Below are positions 39,007 to 51,600 of a stretch of DNA of 60,000 nt, piece by piece. Within the stretch, counting starts at the first letter, position 1. The number at the start of each line of letters is the position of its first letter. Under the pieces are notes generated by a model. It was not told where the DNA came from. It made no database searches and was given only the letters and a program-made list of their open reading frames with translations. This DNA comes from Lama guanicoe. Taxonomy: Eukaryota. The position numbers and the translations under genes were made by a program. The stretch lies in assembly GCA_013239625.1 (NCBI GenBank), contig MU056000.1, forward strand, positions 7,603,214 through 7,663,213. The letters run 5' to 3'.

Positions 39007-39960
39007 CACATTTTAAGGCACTTACTCTGTTGTGAGCTCCTGTCTTGTTCCTCTTTGTTTCACTCATAGAACGTTAGCCCTCACAGACACTGCAAGTTCA
39101 CAGCAATGACAGGTCTATATATTTCTGAGTAAAGGAAAGTAAGTCTGAAAGGAAATCTCGGACACAAAATGTAGGGGTAGACTCCCCCATCTTTGGACTT
39201 AGGCAAACTCCCAGTTACTGGGAGTTACTGTTGCTTTTTAATCAAAGGTAATAAATGCAACTGTCAGTGACGTAATTATTCTGATAGTGGTGCACAAGGT
39301 GAATTAAAAAAAAAATTCTATTGCCTACATGGAGTTGAGCAATGGGATTAGAGAAGAATCATTGTATTGGAAAGTATTTAGAATATATACGGTTTAGAGA
39401 AAGTGACCAGGAGGACTGGGCAAGGGGACTGCCTTCAAGGCAGGAGGCTGAGACCCAGCAGCAGGTTGGAAAGAAGAGAGAAGAGGTGATGACGACTTAA
39501 AGTCAGAGTATAGGAAACTGGGACGGAGAAAAGAGGGAGACGGAGGATTTCCCAAATTCTATGCTTTACATACTACACTGCTAGCCCTTGGTGTTGTGTG
39601 GAGACATGTGACACATTTTTCTGGGGAGCTTATTTTGAGCAAAGTTTAGGAAAAATACATTTTTATTCTATTAAAGTCATACATACCTTAGGAGCATGAA
39701 ATGTTAATATAAAATACTAGGCTACAAAAAAAGAACACTAAGTTAGAAAAATTCAGAGTTGGGCCATTTTATGTTCCAAACTCAGACACCAGGGATTACA
39801 AGTTCACTGTGTTCTGCAGTGAGGGTGTGGGGGGCGGGCAGCATTTGAACATGCCACACTGACCTTGAGTCAAGGCTGAGATGTCCAGGGGGAGATGCCC
39901 AGAGCACAGGGGAAATGGGGAAGCAGGAAAAGGCCAGTGGAGGCCCTTTACCAAGAAAGG

Positions 39961-40700
39961 TGTGTTATTTTGATAAATAAACATATATTTAGTCTTTGTC
40001 CGGGTCCCTGGCACAGAGCTCCTAAAACTCGTGGAATTTCCTAAGCTGTGAGAGCTATCAAGGTGTCTTCTGTTATGTTAATGAGGCGACAATGGAGAAG
40101 CCCCTGGGTAACCTACTGATGGCTGGTTGCCAGTAGACAACCAGTCCTGTGGCTGGAGGGTTGGAACTTTCAGTCCGCCCTTGACCTCTGCGGAGAGGAG
40201 AGGAGGTAGAGATTAAGCTCAATTACCAATGGCCCATGATTTAACCCTTCATGCCTGTGTAATGAAACCACCATGATCCCCAAAAGGACAGGATTTAGAG
40301 AGCTTCAAGGTAGGTGAACTCGTGGGGGTGCTGGGAGATCGGTGGCTGGAGAGGGCTTGAAAACGCTGCACCAGCCTCCATCCCAGACATCCATTCCATC
40401 TGGCTGTCCCCGAGTTCCTCTTACACCCAACCAGTGATCTAGTGAATCAGATATTCTCCGAGTTCTATGAGCTACTCTAGCAAATTGCTCAAACCCAAGG
40501 AGGGGAGGTAGGAAACTCTGGACTATGGTTAGTTGATCAGAAGTGCAGGTGACAACCTGGACTTGAGATTGGCATCTCAAGTGCGGGAGGGGACAGTCTT
40601 GTAGACCTGAGCTCTTCACCTCTGGGATTTGATGCTGTCTCTAGGTAGATAGTGTCAGAATTGAGTTCATTGTTTGGTGGGGTTGGACAAAACACACTGG
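39961..40700 (+). mobile_element. MER21-like ERVL LTR
   Basis: ctggcacagagctcctaaaac, gagggttggaactttcag, gagttctatgagctactctagcaaatt, ggtagatagtgtcagaattgag. Confidence 0.88.
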
Positions 40701-41662
40701 AGTGGGTCCAAAGAAACTCCCTCTAATAAAGTCCTCGCATGTTACGCCTGCCCTGGCATCACTCAGAGGACCTGAGTGTACATTTCCTTTATTGAGTTCC
40801 CCAAAGTCTTGTCTTAGCCAGAATGAGCAGGTCCAATTCCTTCTACAACTCCTCATATTTACTCCTCATGTATCAGTCATTCAACAAATACATAATCGCC
40901 AACGTACCAAGCATGGCTGGATTAGCTTGGTTCTTTCCCTGAATGCCACCTGTCTCGACTCCATTGCTCCTAAAAGGTCCGCCTAAAAGCGAACCCAGTC
41001 CTCAAGCACAGTCAGGCAGGTCGTGTCAGGAAAGAACACTCACCCTCCTTGTTCAGGATGGATGACTTCCCTTCGGGCATAGTAATGTTGTGTGTGCTCA
41101 CAGGGTGCTGCCTTTTACTGTGATTTCACTGTTGACTTGAAATCTTGGATTTTTTCTTTCCCACTTGCTCCAGTGGATTCATGTCTTCTTATCCTGCATT
41201 TGAGCAATTGTTCTTTTGGAGAGATGGAGCTCATATTTATTCACAGGACAGCCCGTAGGTTAGCCCAGCCTGTGGTCTTATCCTGATGTGGTCCCCTTGG
41301 TCCTGACTTGGATATTAAGCTAATGGCTCACACCCATGGGTTGATGAGCAGGCTTTGTATTTCTGCATCCCTGGGCAGGCCTAGTGAAAAGTGGCTGGTA
41401 AACTGAGCAGGAAGCACAGTAGAGTCTATCTCCTAATTTTGATTTTTCTATAGGAAACTTGTTTTTCTGTTCATTGCGCCAGCGGCAGTGGGAATGGTTA
41501 GACGTCCTGCTGGCAAGAAGTGTTGGGTGAGCTCGCTGTGAATTTTTATGAAGACAATGACGTTTTTAGAAGGCTGCAGATGAAACACTGGAGAAATGTG
41601 TTCTTTCACAGATGACTGAGTCTGACCATGCTTGTGTGTTTTTTTAAATTCAATACAAGTTT

Positions 41663-41701
41663 CACAAGGTCATGGGTTCAGTCCCCAATACCTCCACTAA
41701 A

Positions 41702-41757
<56 letters not shown>

Positions 41758-41791
41758 ATCTATCTCTCTATCTAACTATCTTCCCCTCAAA
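41663..41791 (+). mobile_element. 5'-truncated camelid SINE with (TAAA)n expansion
   Basis: Starts at cacaaggtcatgggttcagtcccc; (TAAA)n at about 41703-41758; 17-bp TSD aaattcaatacaagttt (41646-62) / aaattcaatacaaattt (41792-808). Confidence 0.88.
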
Positions 41792-41808
41792 AAATTCAAT
41801 ACAAATTT

Positions 41809-41912
41809 AAAAATTTTTTAAATTGAATTATAGCCAGTTACAATGTGTCAATTTCTGGTTACAGCATAATGTCCCAGTCATGCATTTACATACATATGTT
41901 CGTTTTCATATT
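41809..41912 (-). mobile_element. Very short young L1 3' end
   Basis: aattgaattatagccagttacaatgtgtcaatttctgg...cgttttcatattt, same 3'UTR as the other young L1s. Confidence 0.85.
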
Positions 41913-42020
41913 TTAAAAGTTCAATTTTTTAATATCTGAATTAAAAATTCTAATCCATTGCCAAAGAGGAAAAAGTTCCCTTACGTTCAGGAAAAGCTAA
42001 ATAAAGGTCTTTGATGTAGT

Positions 42021-42610
42021 TATAAGACAGGAGGGAAGCAGGCAGGGCACAGCCACTAAAAGAATGACATAGCAATGAGCACCGAGATGGCGGAAGACCC
42101 AACTCCCAATGGAACTTGAGCTTCAATATTCACTCATTGAAATACCATAGCTGCTCAATGCTCCTCCCACAGGTACCTGGACAGTTTTAAGGCTGACCAT
42201 AAAAGATCAAAGGGTGGGCATGGCCCATTTTCTGGGAATCCCACCACCTTTCCCACGTGGTTGGAGTCATCTTCGCGCTTACTAGCACACGAAGTTACCA
42301 AGCCCATAAAAACTAGCAACACCGCGCCCGTGGCCACCGTCCCTTCCGAGTGAGACGGACCGCACACTATGGAGAGTGTGTCCACTTCTACTTTAAACTG
42401 AACACCCAACCCCCGCACCTCCTGGCCTTTCTCTTGCCTTCTGGAGCAGCCTGCACTCTGTGTCTGGAGTATGGATCTCTCTGAATAAATCTACCTTTAC
42501 TCAACTGTGGCTCGTTCTTAAATTCTTTCCTGCATGAAGCCAAGGACCCACACTTGGCAGAACATGTCCCGGGGACATGGCTATCCTCTCGCCTGCATTT
42601 TTTCCTGTAT
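42021..42610 (+). mobile_element. Solo ERV1 LTR
   Basis: YY1-like gagatggcgg, TATA-like cataaaaac, AATAAA near 42484, U5-like aaattctttcctgcatgaagccaaggaccc; termini approximate. Confidence 0.8.
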
Positions 42611-42759
42611 TGGCTATTAACTTATAGGTCTGCTCTATCTCTGAGCTTTAGCAGGGTGTTAGCAAATAGCAACCAACAAGCCATCAGACGATTCTGCCTC
42701 ATTATGTGGGAGACTGGCACAGCAGAGAGGGTACAGGGAACACATGACATCAAGCAGCC

Positions 42760-42905
42760 ACGTGATCCTGGACAAGCCTCCCTGGGCCTCAGTTTCTCCA
42801 GTGGCTCCTTTGTCTATTTCTTAGGGTTGTGGTAAGAATTAAATAACATATTGGATGTAAAAGTACTTTACAAACTGCAACCAGCCATTCAAATGCCAAG
42901 CGTTA
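42760..42905 (+). mobile_element. MIR fragment
   Basis: gggcctcagtttctcc...cttagggttgtggtaagaattaaat. Confidence 0.7.
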
Positions 42906-45278
42906 TTTAGAAACTCCAGAAACACCTAACTTATTCAGAGTCCCCACTCCCTCACCCTTAATTGACACCTGGGGTTACAAAAGAGCGTCTTAAATGGGTG
43001 GCATGTTCAGCTCAGGTAACAGAGAAGACGAAAAGAAGAAAATTCCAATTGAAGACAAAGAAGTGATTGGCAATGGAAAGAAAAAGTGACAAGAATGAAC
43101 AATCGGAAGCTCTTGGCTTCACCATCTTATGTGTCAGGAATCTGAACGCTGGAAAGTCTCTTTGAAGGTGTTTCGCTGAGACAAAGAGGAAGAGCGTTGG
43201 GTAGTAGGGACAATGGCCAGACTTGATGTTTCTCTTCCTGGTGTTCAAATAAACTCTGCTGCTTTCCGTTCCCCTTGGACTTGGTTGGTTTATTGTCCCC
43301 AAAGCTCACTAATTTAAATTGCTTACTCATTACTTATCCCTGAAACACCTACATGAAACTTTAACAGCTGAAGTGCCTGCAAAGAAAAGGTTCCGGATAA
43401 AAGGGGACAAGGCTCGGGGTGCATGTAAACAAAGAGATGAAGCTGACACGTAGAGAAGGATCAGGGCCATACGAGCGATTTGCCCATGGGCCTCTGGCAC
43501 CCATTGCTCTGCATGAAATGATCATCTGTCCGCAGGCCTGTACTCTCCCACTAGAGACCCCGAGAGTCTGGGAGGAGAGCACAGGAAAAGCATATATTCA
43601 ATTCAAACGGTGAAAGCTGTAATTTAAGTGTGTCTCTCCCCTTTCTCTAACTGCAGGGAGGATGGAAGAAAAGTGGGACAGGGTGAGTAATAAATACATT
43701 CTCAAAGCAAATGCCTTCATCACAACACATATCATATTTTGACAAGTTTTACAGGCTCCGAGCTATGGAATGGTGCAAAGGTCTCATTTGTCATTCTGTT
43801 GACTTTAATTAGGCTCACAAGTTTGACAATTTATTGCTATTAACAGTATTATTTTTTAAAGCCACTATTCTTAACAGTTAAGTTCCTCCAAACTCACCCA
43901 GCTCAACTTCACACATTTTGAGAGAAGATACAAGCATATATTTTTGTGACAGTTTCAAGCACCAAGTCATCAGAGTGGCCATAATAAGATAGCGTAGAGC
44001 AGTATCATATAAAAGGTTCTTTATAAAATGGCTCTTTCAGAAATTCATAAAACATTTGAAAATGAGCCAAAAGGTTTCAGACTATGGAGACAGTTTTTCG
44101 AGCTCATTTTTAAGTGGAAATCTCCTTCTTCATGCTTTTGTTTGTTTTTTCTGGGAGTTCTTTCTCATCTTCTTAATGTTTACACATGGATGCTTTTTGG
44201 ATACGTGGACTTAATACACGATCACTTAACACCCACCGTGTTTTCCCAACTGGGGCCACTGAGCATGTTCAACTGCTGTGAAACAAGACTAGAGTGCCTT
44301 GTCACCAACATTGTCTGTTCATGCTGAGCCAGGTGGTGTGCAATTCTAATTTAAAAAGGGGTTCAGAATGGGACATGAATAATATCATTAGGAGGGGAAT
44401 CCAGAGCATAAAATTTCTTCAGATCATGTGAAAAAGAATTCAGCTTTACCATGCTTTGCTTTCAGGTATTGTGACAGTAGAGCTGACATAGGCAGTGGAA
44501 AGAAAATTCAATATGTGTCTCCTATTGAAGAAATAATCTGATTATTAACAAAGATGACAGGTCGCTGAGAGTAAAGTGAGTCTACTTTCCTATGTCTGTA
44601 GATGTCTGATGGAGTTGGAGATGCTGGAAAGGCTGAACTTCCTTCTCCTGTACTGTGTTTCTTATCATGTTGCTAATGCACTGCTTTCTAGGGTACCAGC
44701 TGAGACTTACTGGTCTCTCTTACTCTGAACAGTGTCTGTCTTTATACCCTTTTGTGGAATAAGAGTGATACACAAGCAAAACATCTGTGGTTTGTTCTGG
44801 GAGCTCAGGAGATAGAGAGGTCTGTGCTCCTCTGAGCATGTATGAAGGAACAGCCAGAATCTTGGAAGAGACTGAACTTAGAAGGCACCATGTCATGGGA
44901 CTGACTGTATTTTTGCCAATTCAAAGATCTTGTTTGGGGAAACTGGTCATAGAAAGAGAATTTCTGCACAGGTTTTGTTTTTTTCTTGTTAGATGAGACC
45001 TGTAGGGAATAAACAGCAAGGATTCAAATAAATCTTTAGCTTAAGTAGCCAGTTGCCAACATGATGAGATTGGAGGCATTTTTCGGATCCCAGGTCTCCT
45101 GTCTGACTCACCACAGGGCCTGCAATCATCTTCGTTCTCCCTCTCTTGGCATAAGTAGTGATTAGCAATCCAGCTTCTACATTGGAGTCATGTGGAGAGA
45201 AATTTTGAAAATACTGTTATCTCGGTTCCACCCTGGACTTATTCAATCAGACCTCTATAGGTGAGGGTATAGACATTT

Positions 45279-45505
45279 TTTTAATTTAAATTTTTAATTG
45301 AAGTATAGTCAGTTACAATGTGTCAATTTCTGGGGTACAGCATAATGCCCCAGTCATACATATATATATATATACATACTCATTTTCATATTCTTTTTCA
45401 CTAAAGGTTATTACAAGATATTGAATACAGTTTCCTGTGCTATAAAGAAGAAATTTTTTAAAATCAATTTTTATATATAGTAGTTAATATCTGCAAATCT
45501 TGAAC
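45279..45505 (-). mobile_element. Young L1 3' end (L1 half of the U6/L1 chimera)
   Basis: Poly-T tail, aattgaagtatagtcagttacaatgtgtcaatttctgg...atctgcaaatcttgaac, directly abutting the U6 3' end. Confidence 0.93.
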
Positions 45506-45612
45506 AAAAATATGGAACGTTTCACGAATTTGCGTGTCATCCTCGCTCAGGGGCCATACTAATCTTCTCTGTGTCGTTCCAATTTTAGTATGTGTGCTGT
45601 GAAAGCAAGCAT
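45506..45612 (-). pseudogene. RNU6: Full-length U6 snRNA retropseudogene (107 nt)
   Basis: Reverse complement aligns without gaps to vertebrate U6 with 11 substitutions by manual count; ACAGAGA box intact; AGC triad changed to AGT; upstream flank is MER5A, not a PSE/TATA promoter. Confidence 0.97.
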
Positions 45613-48600
45613 GACATTTGATACTTTTTTTAGAGTACTTTAGGTGATTCTAATGTGCAGACAGGTCTGAGAACTATTAGGTTATTTGCTTAATCTCTTT
45701 TGTTAAACAGAACCATTGTCTGGCAGGGGAAACACGTGATGTCACACTAAGTTATCAAAATCATTTGCACCTTTGCTGGAAGCATCCAGCAGGAGATGAG
45801 CCTAGGGCTGGGACAAGCGGTTGAGGTTGATGAAAAGTGAACAGGAAAGTGAACAGAGGAAGATGCCAGTGATTCTGGGATGTCAGAGGGGCTAGAACAT
45901 CAAGGTGAAAATCAGTGCTGATGATAAAGCAGATTTGAAAAGAGAGGGAGAGAAGGCCTGTGGAGACATAATTCATTTATTTCACACTTTTGCTAGGGCC
46001 AGCTAAGTACTGGAACAGGAAATGGGGTTGGGGAATGAAGAAAGGAAGATTAATCTAGTACTTCCTGGTTCAGAGGTCAGATGATGCAGTTCATTGCGGA
46101 GGCTGAAAAAGCCATGGGCAATTAGTCTCAATTGCTTGTGGTTGTTTGCTTGTGGTTATACCACCTAGAGAAAACCACCCAGGATCTTTTTTTATTTTCG
46201 AGGGAATGAGCAGTCATCATTAGTCTACTATAGTCCAGTAGCAAAAAAGAAATTTTCTTTTTGCTTAAAGTAAAGCTCTTCTTAAAAAATGTTTTTTGGA
46301 GTATGGTCCTCAATTTTACAGTTCTGTGTAGCTAAACCATTCTAGGATTCATTCAATGCAGGTTGGCAATTTATTTCACAAAATACAACAGCGCTCAATT
46401 GTAATGCCAAGTTGAAATGAAGGGTTCTGTGGACCCTGGTAACAGCTAAAAATCACGAAGTGTAGTCATAAGCAGCATGAAGCCAAAAGCTAAAATATAA
46501 AGAGTCCTGTTCTCCTGATGAGGAATTTTAGAAAATTAGGACTGTGTATTTCAATAATGCGTGTGATTGCAGATAAATTTTTTATAATGTCAACTCAACG
46601 AGTTCTAGGTTTCATCTGTTTATATTTCTCCAAAATATAGGGTAGGTCATTGAAAGTAGTGATTTAAAAGTGCATCTTTTAAAAATTAGCATCTCTGAAA
46701 TCAGGATATGTCTTAAAATAAACAGGGTCTTATATTAGAAGAAATAGGGTTGCCCTGCTGGGACTTACCAATCTCCCCTTTGCTCCATGTGCAGGACCCA
46801 TTATTTCCAAATGCTGTGACATATCCTTTTCATTGACTTCTGGTGGTAGCATTTCTTGGATGCAAGGATGCTGGACCCTGATTCTTCAGAGGATAACAGC
46901 TGCCCTGGGTCCTGTGTTCTTGACCTTTGCCTTGATACACCTGCCATCCCTTGGTCTTCACGGCACATGTGTGAAGAGTAGCCCTGGACTGAAGATGTCC
47001 CTAGGTCGTGGCAGGGAGAGACCAGGTGACTCTCATGGAAGTGCTCTTCAAAGAATGCAGTTGAACTCCTTTTTATGTTTCAGAAACACTTTACTCTGCC
47101 TCAATTTAAAAATTTAGAATTCTGTTAATGTTGAGGACACAAGATATAAAAGGCTTTCCTGGGAAATTTCCCTTTGTGGCCATCAGCTTCTGTTTGGTCA
47201 CTATGATGGGACCATTTCTCTTGCTAAGACAGTCTGCCCATTATTTGATAGATAGCAAGTTCTCCCCAAGAAAGCATACATATTATTTAGCTTAAAAGGA
47301 GTCTATGTGTTCCCAAGGTTATCGGCTTCCTGGGGGCCATCTTCCTTGCAATTATCAAATGCCCAGAATTCAAGATTTCATGCTGCATGACTGTGGGAGT
47401 CCTGTCCCTCCCTTAAATATTGTGGAGGAATCCTGGGAGAGCTTGCTTCCTTTTTGTTTCACTTCTTATTTCCTAGTCCACATGCTTCTGACCACATCCC
47501 TTATTTTCCATGTGCTGTCTTGGTGCTCCTCTCCAGGCTGTTGTAGCTCTCTCAGATTCACTCCATCTCACATTTGAACACTGATCCTTCCTTAATCCCC
47601 CCGGCAGGGCATCACTGGGGCAGTGGTGTTTAAAAAACCTCACTGAAGCTCTACGGGTGATATAAAGGGATTAGCATTCAGGAAGGACAACTTAAAATTG
47701 GATGCCAAGCCTTGCTACTCCTATAGTCCATCAGGCCCCTACAGGCTGTCTCCCTCTTTCTCTCCATGGGCTGCCATTTTGCAAGGCCCAATTCTCCTGC
47801 TTAAAGTCCTGTTCATCATTTCCTCTTCTCCCTGAGTCCCCAGGGCCACAGTTACCCCCACTCCCTTCTTCCCCCGACTTGCATCATAAAAGTATCTCAA
47901 AGATGTTTACAATGAAGTTAGCATTTCACATAAATAAGCAGAAAAGGTTATCATCTTTGTTTGAAGGATTGCATCCCAAAGTTCAAGGCTAGCACAAGGA
48001 TGACAAATAGGTACTTGCCTTAAAATTATTCAAAGAAGTCAAGTAGAAAGCTTTTCCCAAGAACAAATTCTATGTTTACCTTTACAAGCAGAGGAAAGAC
48101 ATTTCTGGCATTGTAACCAAATACCAATGTGTTCCCAGTTCAGATTGTCAAAAGTTCAGAAACACTGGGGTCTGGTATGGGGCTTACCAACTGCAGGCTC
48201 TGTGTACTTCAATATTATGTTAATATTATCAATATAATTATTATGTAATTATATTACTATATCATGTTAACATATATTAGTATTTCATTAAATTAATGTG
48301 ACTATATTTACTATTAGATTAAATTTAAAAAGAGCTCTTATTTTGACTTGAAATAGTCTTCCCATTATTTGCCACATTTTAATTTTAGGTTTGCTTTATG
48401 AAATTAGGATTAGAACAAGTCAATCCCTTTTCTACATTAAAATATGATGAGGAGACTCTAGTCTCTTCAAGTCTTTTCAAGAAATTTAACCTAATGCTGT
48501 CACACAGGGCTTTGGGCTATTTGACACTTCAGTCACTAATCAAGAAAATGGAAACAGTTCAAATTAGGATTTGGGAATAATCAGAATCTTAGAAGCGAGG

Positions 48601-48989
48601 TCGTCTGTGGCCAGTTTATTGATATTCCTTTCACAATGTCCTTGAAAATGTAGAACTTTTTGTTAAAAAAAATTAAAGATCTATTTCCTGAAGAATTCTA
48701 CTGCAGTCTCGTAAAGCTCATACCACAACCTTTATCCCTTACCTTTGATAAAGGAAAAAAAGAGATGCCTAAACTATAGCTTAGTAAAAGTTATTATAGT
48801 GCTTTCACATGATTTTGAACTATCTGAAATTTGTAAGATGTAAATAAAAGATTTTATGATTTTTCCTAGCTTGAAAAAGACTGCAGGTCCATAGGCTTAG
48901 GTAAATACACAATAAAAAAGGGATGCCTATGGATCATTTATACATGTGCTTAATGTTTTAAACTGTGGGGTTTTCTATTTATTTTTTGT

Positions 48990-51600
48990 TTAGTGATTTT
49001 TAGCTAAAATTGACCATATATCTTTTAAGTTTGATGTTTTGAATTTTGTTGAGATGTTCTTTATAATACAGCATATGGGCATTTTTGGTAAATATTTCTC
49101 ACGTGTTTACTACAAAGTTATGAGTAATGTAAGATAGTGTAGTGTAGTGTTGTTTATATGACAACTACTTCGTATTTGTTCATCATGTTGTTCCTATCTC
49201 TGTATCCTTTGGTCCCCTCATGTGTATTATCCATACCTAAGAGATGTTGTTAAAAATCTCTATGATTGCACATTTGTTCATTTTTCCTTTTAGTTTTGTC
49301 AATTTTTGCTTTATATATTTTGAAGCTATGTTATCAGGTGCATACTATTTGTTTTATCTTCCTGTTGAATTGATCTCTTTTTTCATAAAAATGCCTCTTT
49401 TTATCTCTAGTAGCATCTTATTTTAAAAAACTACTTTAGTACTAATATACCAACAACAGCTTTTGGAGTGGGGGTCAATATTTATTTGGTCTGTTTTTTT
49501 CTGTCCTTTTCTTTCAACTGTTGTATGTTCCTATGTATCAAGTTAATCTCGTAAACGATATTAGTTAGGTTTTGTTTTCTTAATGCAGTCATAATATTTT
49601 TTCATGGAAGTATTTGATCATTTTGCATTTAATATAATTACTGATATATTTTAATTTATGACTACCACTTTCTATTTGTTTTCTATTTGTCCCAGCTGTT
49701 TATGTTTCTTTTCCTGTCCTTTCTTGAGTATTTTGAAATTTTCATGTATTTTTATTATTCTGTTATATTCTTTATCAATTTTCTAGTTATATGTTTTCTA
49801 CTATTATTTTATTCTCACTCTAATGATTACAAGGTGCATCCTTAATTTATTAAAGTCTAAAATAACTTAGTAGTAACAAATTAGTAGTACTGTATTAGTC
49901 TACTTCCTGGACAATGAAAGCACATCAGAAAACTTTAACTTTTAACATTTGTGACATAATTATCTTTTGTATTATTGTTATTGTATATTTAATTTTACTT
50001 GTATTTTAAACTTTATAAGACCTTATTGTTATTGCTTTATTCAGTTAGTTTTCATTTGTATTTCTTCACATTTTATACTTTTTACCTTTTATTTTTTCCT
50101 ACATTTCCATACTTTAGGCCAAGATTATATTTCCTCTACCTGAAAAAAAATTCCTTTCAGGTTAATACAAGTCTTTTGGTGAAAAGCATTTATTTTATCC
50201 TCAATTTTGAAGGATATTTTCATTGGGTGTTGAATTCTATAGTGATAATTACTTTCTTTCATTACTTTAAATATGCCACTACATTGTGTTTTGGCTTCAG
50301 TCAATTACATTGAGAAGTCAATTGTCCATCTTCTTATTTTGGGAAGATAATATGTTTTTTCCATTCTCTAGCTGCCTTTAAGATTTTTTCATTGTCTTTG
50401 GTTTTCAGCTGTGACGTGCTTAAATGTACTTTTCTATGTCTTTTTATTGCTTTTATATATATATTTTAAAACTGTTTGATTTCTTTATCAGCTTCAGAGA
50501 ACTCTCAGCTATTACTTCTTCAAACATTACTTCTGTCCTATTCTCTCTCTCCTCCATTTCTGAGCTTTGTTATACATATGATAGGCCTTTTCATCTGGTC
50601 ACATATTTCTAATGTTATTATCCCCTTTTCTATTATTTTCTCTTTTTTCATCTCTGTGCTTCTGTCTGGACATTTTTTTAATGACATGTCTTCTAAATCA
50701 CTAATTCTCTTTCTAGCTCTGTGTCATCTTCTGTTGAACTTCATCTGTTTTGATCATAGTTTCAGTTAATGTATTTTTCAGATCTAGAATTTCTATTTGG
50801 TTTTTATTTGCATAGATTTCATTTCTCTGATGAAGTTCTCCAAATGATCATCTATTTTCTTGAAACCTGTTAATAACAAAGTCCAGGCATCTTAACTTCC
50901 CTTAACTTGGATCACCTGTGGATATATTTCTATTGTATTTTGTTCTCTTTGTCCTGCCTTTCGATATACCCTATCTCATGATATACCTCCTGAATTTTTA
51001 TTGAGTGATGGAAATTCACATATATTTATACACATTATGAGAAATTGTAGAGGCTCTGGATAATGTTACTTTCCTCTGGAGAGGTTTTCCTTTCACTTCT
51101 GATAGGCAATGAGAGTAGGAACACACCACTTTTAGCCAACTGAGGATTGAATTGACTAGTCTAATTGATCAGTCTTTGTAAGGTCTGGTGTATTTCTGGG
51201 TATAGTCCATCAGGGATCCCAACTGAATAGTTCCAATATTTTCTAGGACCTCACCACTTTGTCAGGGATTCAGTTCTAATTTTTATCTCCCCAACAGTAT
51301 ATCAATAGCTTTATTCAGTTTCTTACCTTTTGTAAGAGGTTTTGTTTTGTTCTGTTTTTTTTTGTCATCTTAGTTCCGCACATTTTTTGGCTGCACATCT
51401 CACAATCAGAGAATGTTTATTTTGTTTTTTTATCGCCTTAGTTCTGCACAATTTTTGGCTGCACATCTCACAGTGAGAGAATGTTTTGAGGGAAAAGTGG
51501 CTCAGACTATTGTGTTTAGTTTCCTTTACTTTCCTTCACTCCAGAATCTTAGTCTCTCAAGTACTGGCTTCTTCAGTAGCCCTGTGTATCAAACCTCCTT
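48990..51600 (-). mobile_element. Large ancient L1 (L1ME-like) fragment: ORF1 to start of ORF2
   Basis: Very T-rich antisense L1 with ORF1-region motifs (tttgaaggatattttcattggg, ctagctgcctttaagattttttc). Confidence 0.7.

Larger units (their letters stand above)
45157..45680. mobile_element. MER5A MITE split by the U6/L1 insertion
   Basis: ttttgaaaatactg...ccaccctggacttattcaatcag on the left; aggtgattctaatgtgcagacaggtctgagaac on the right. Confidence 0.75.

Noticed and set aside
45506..45612. Functional U6 snRNA gene
   Set aside because: 11 substitutions including the AGC triad and 5' stem, no PSE/TATA upstream, fused to L1 with a TSD
49244..50769. Hydrophobic Phe/Leu-rich ORFs resembling membrane proteins
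   Set aside because: Artefact of translating T-rich antisense L1 sequence
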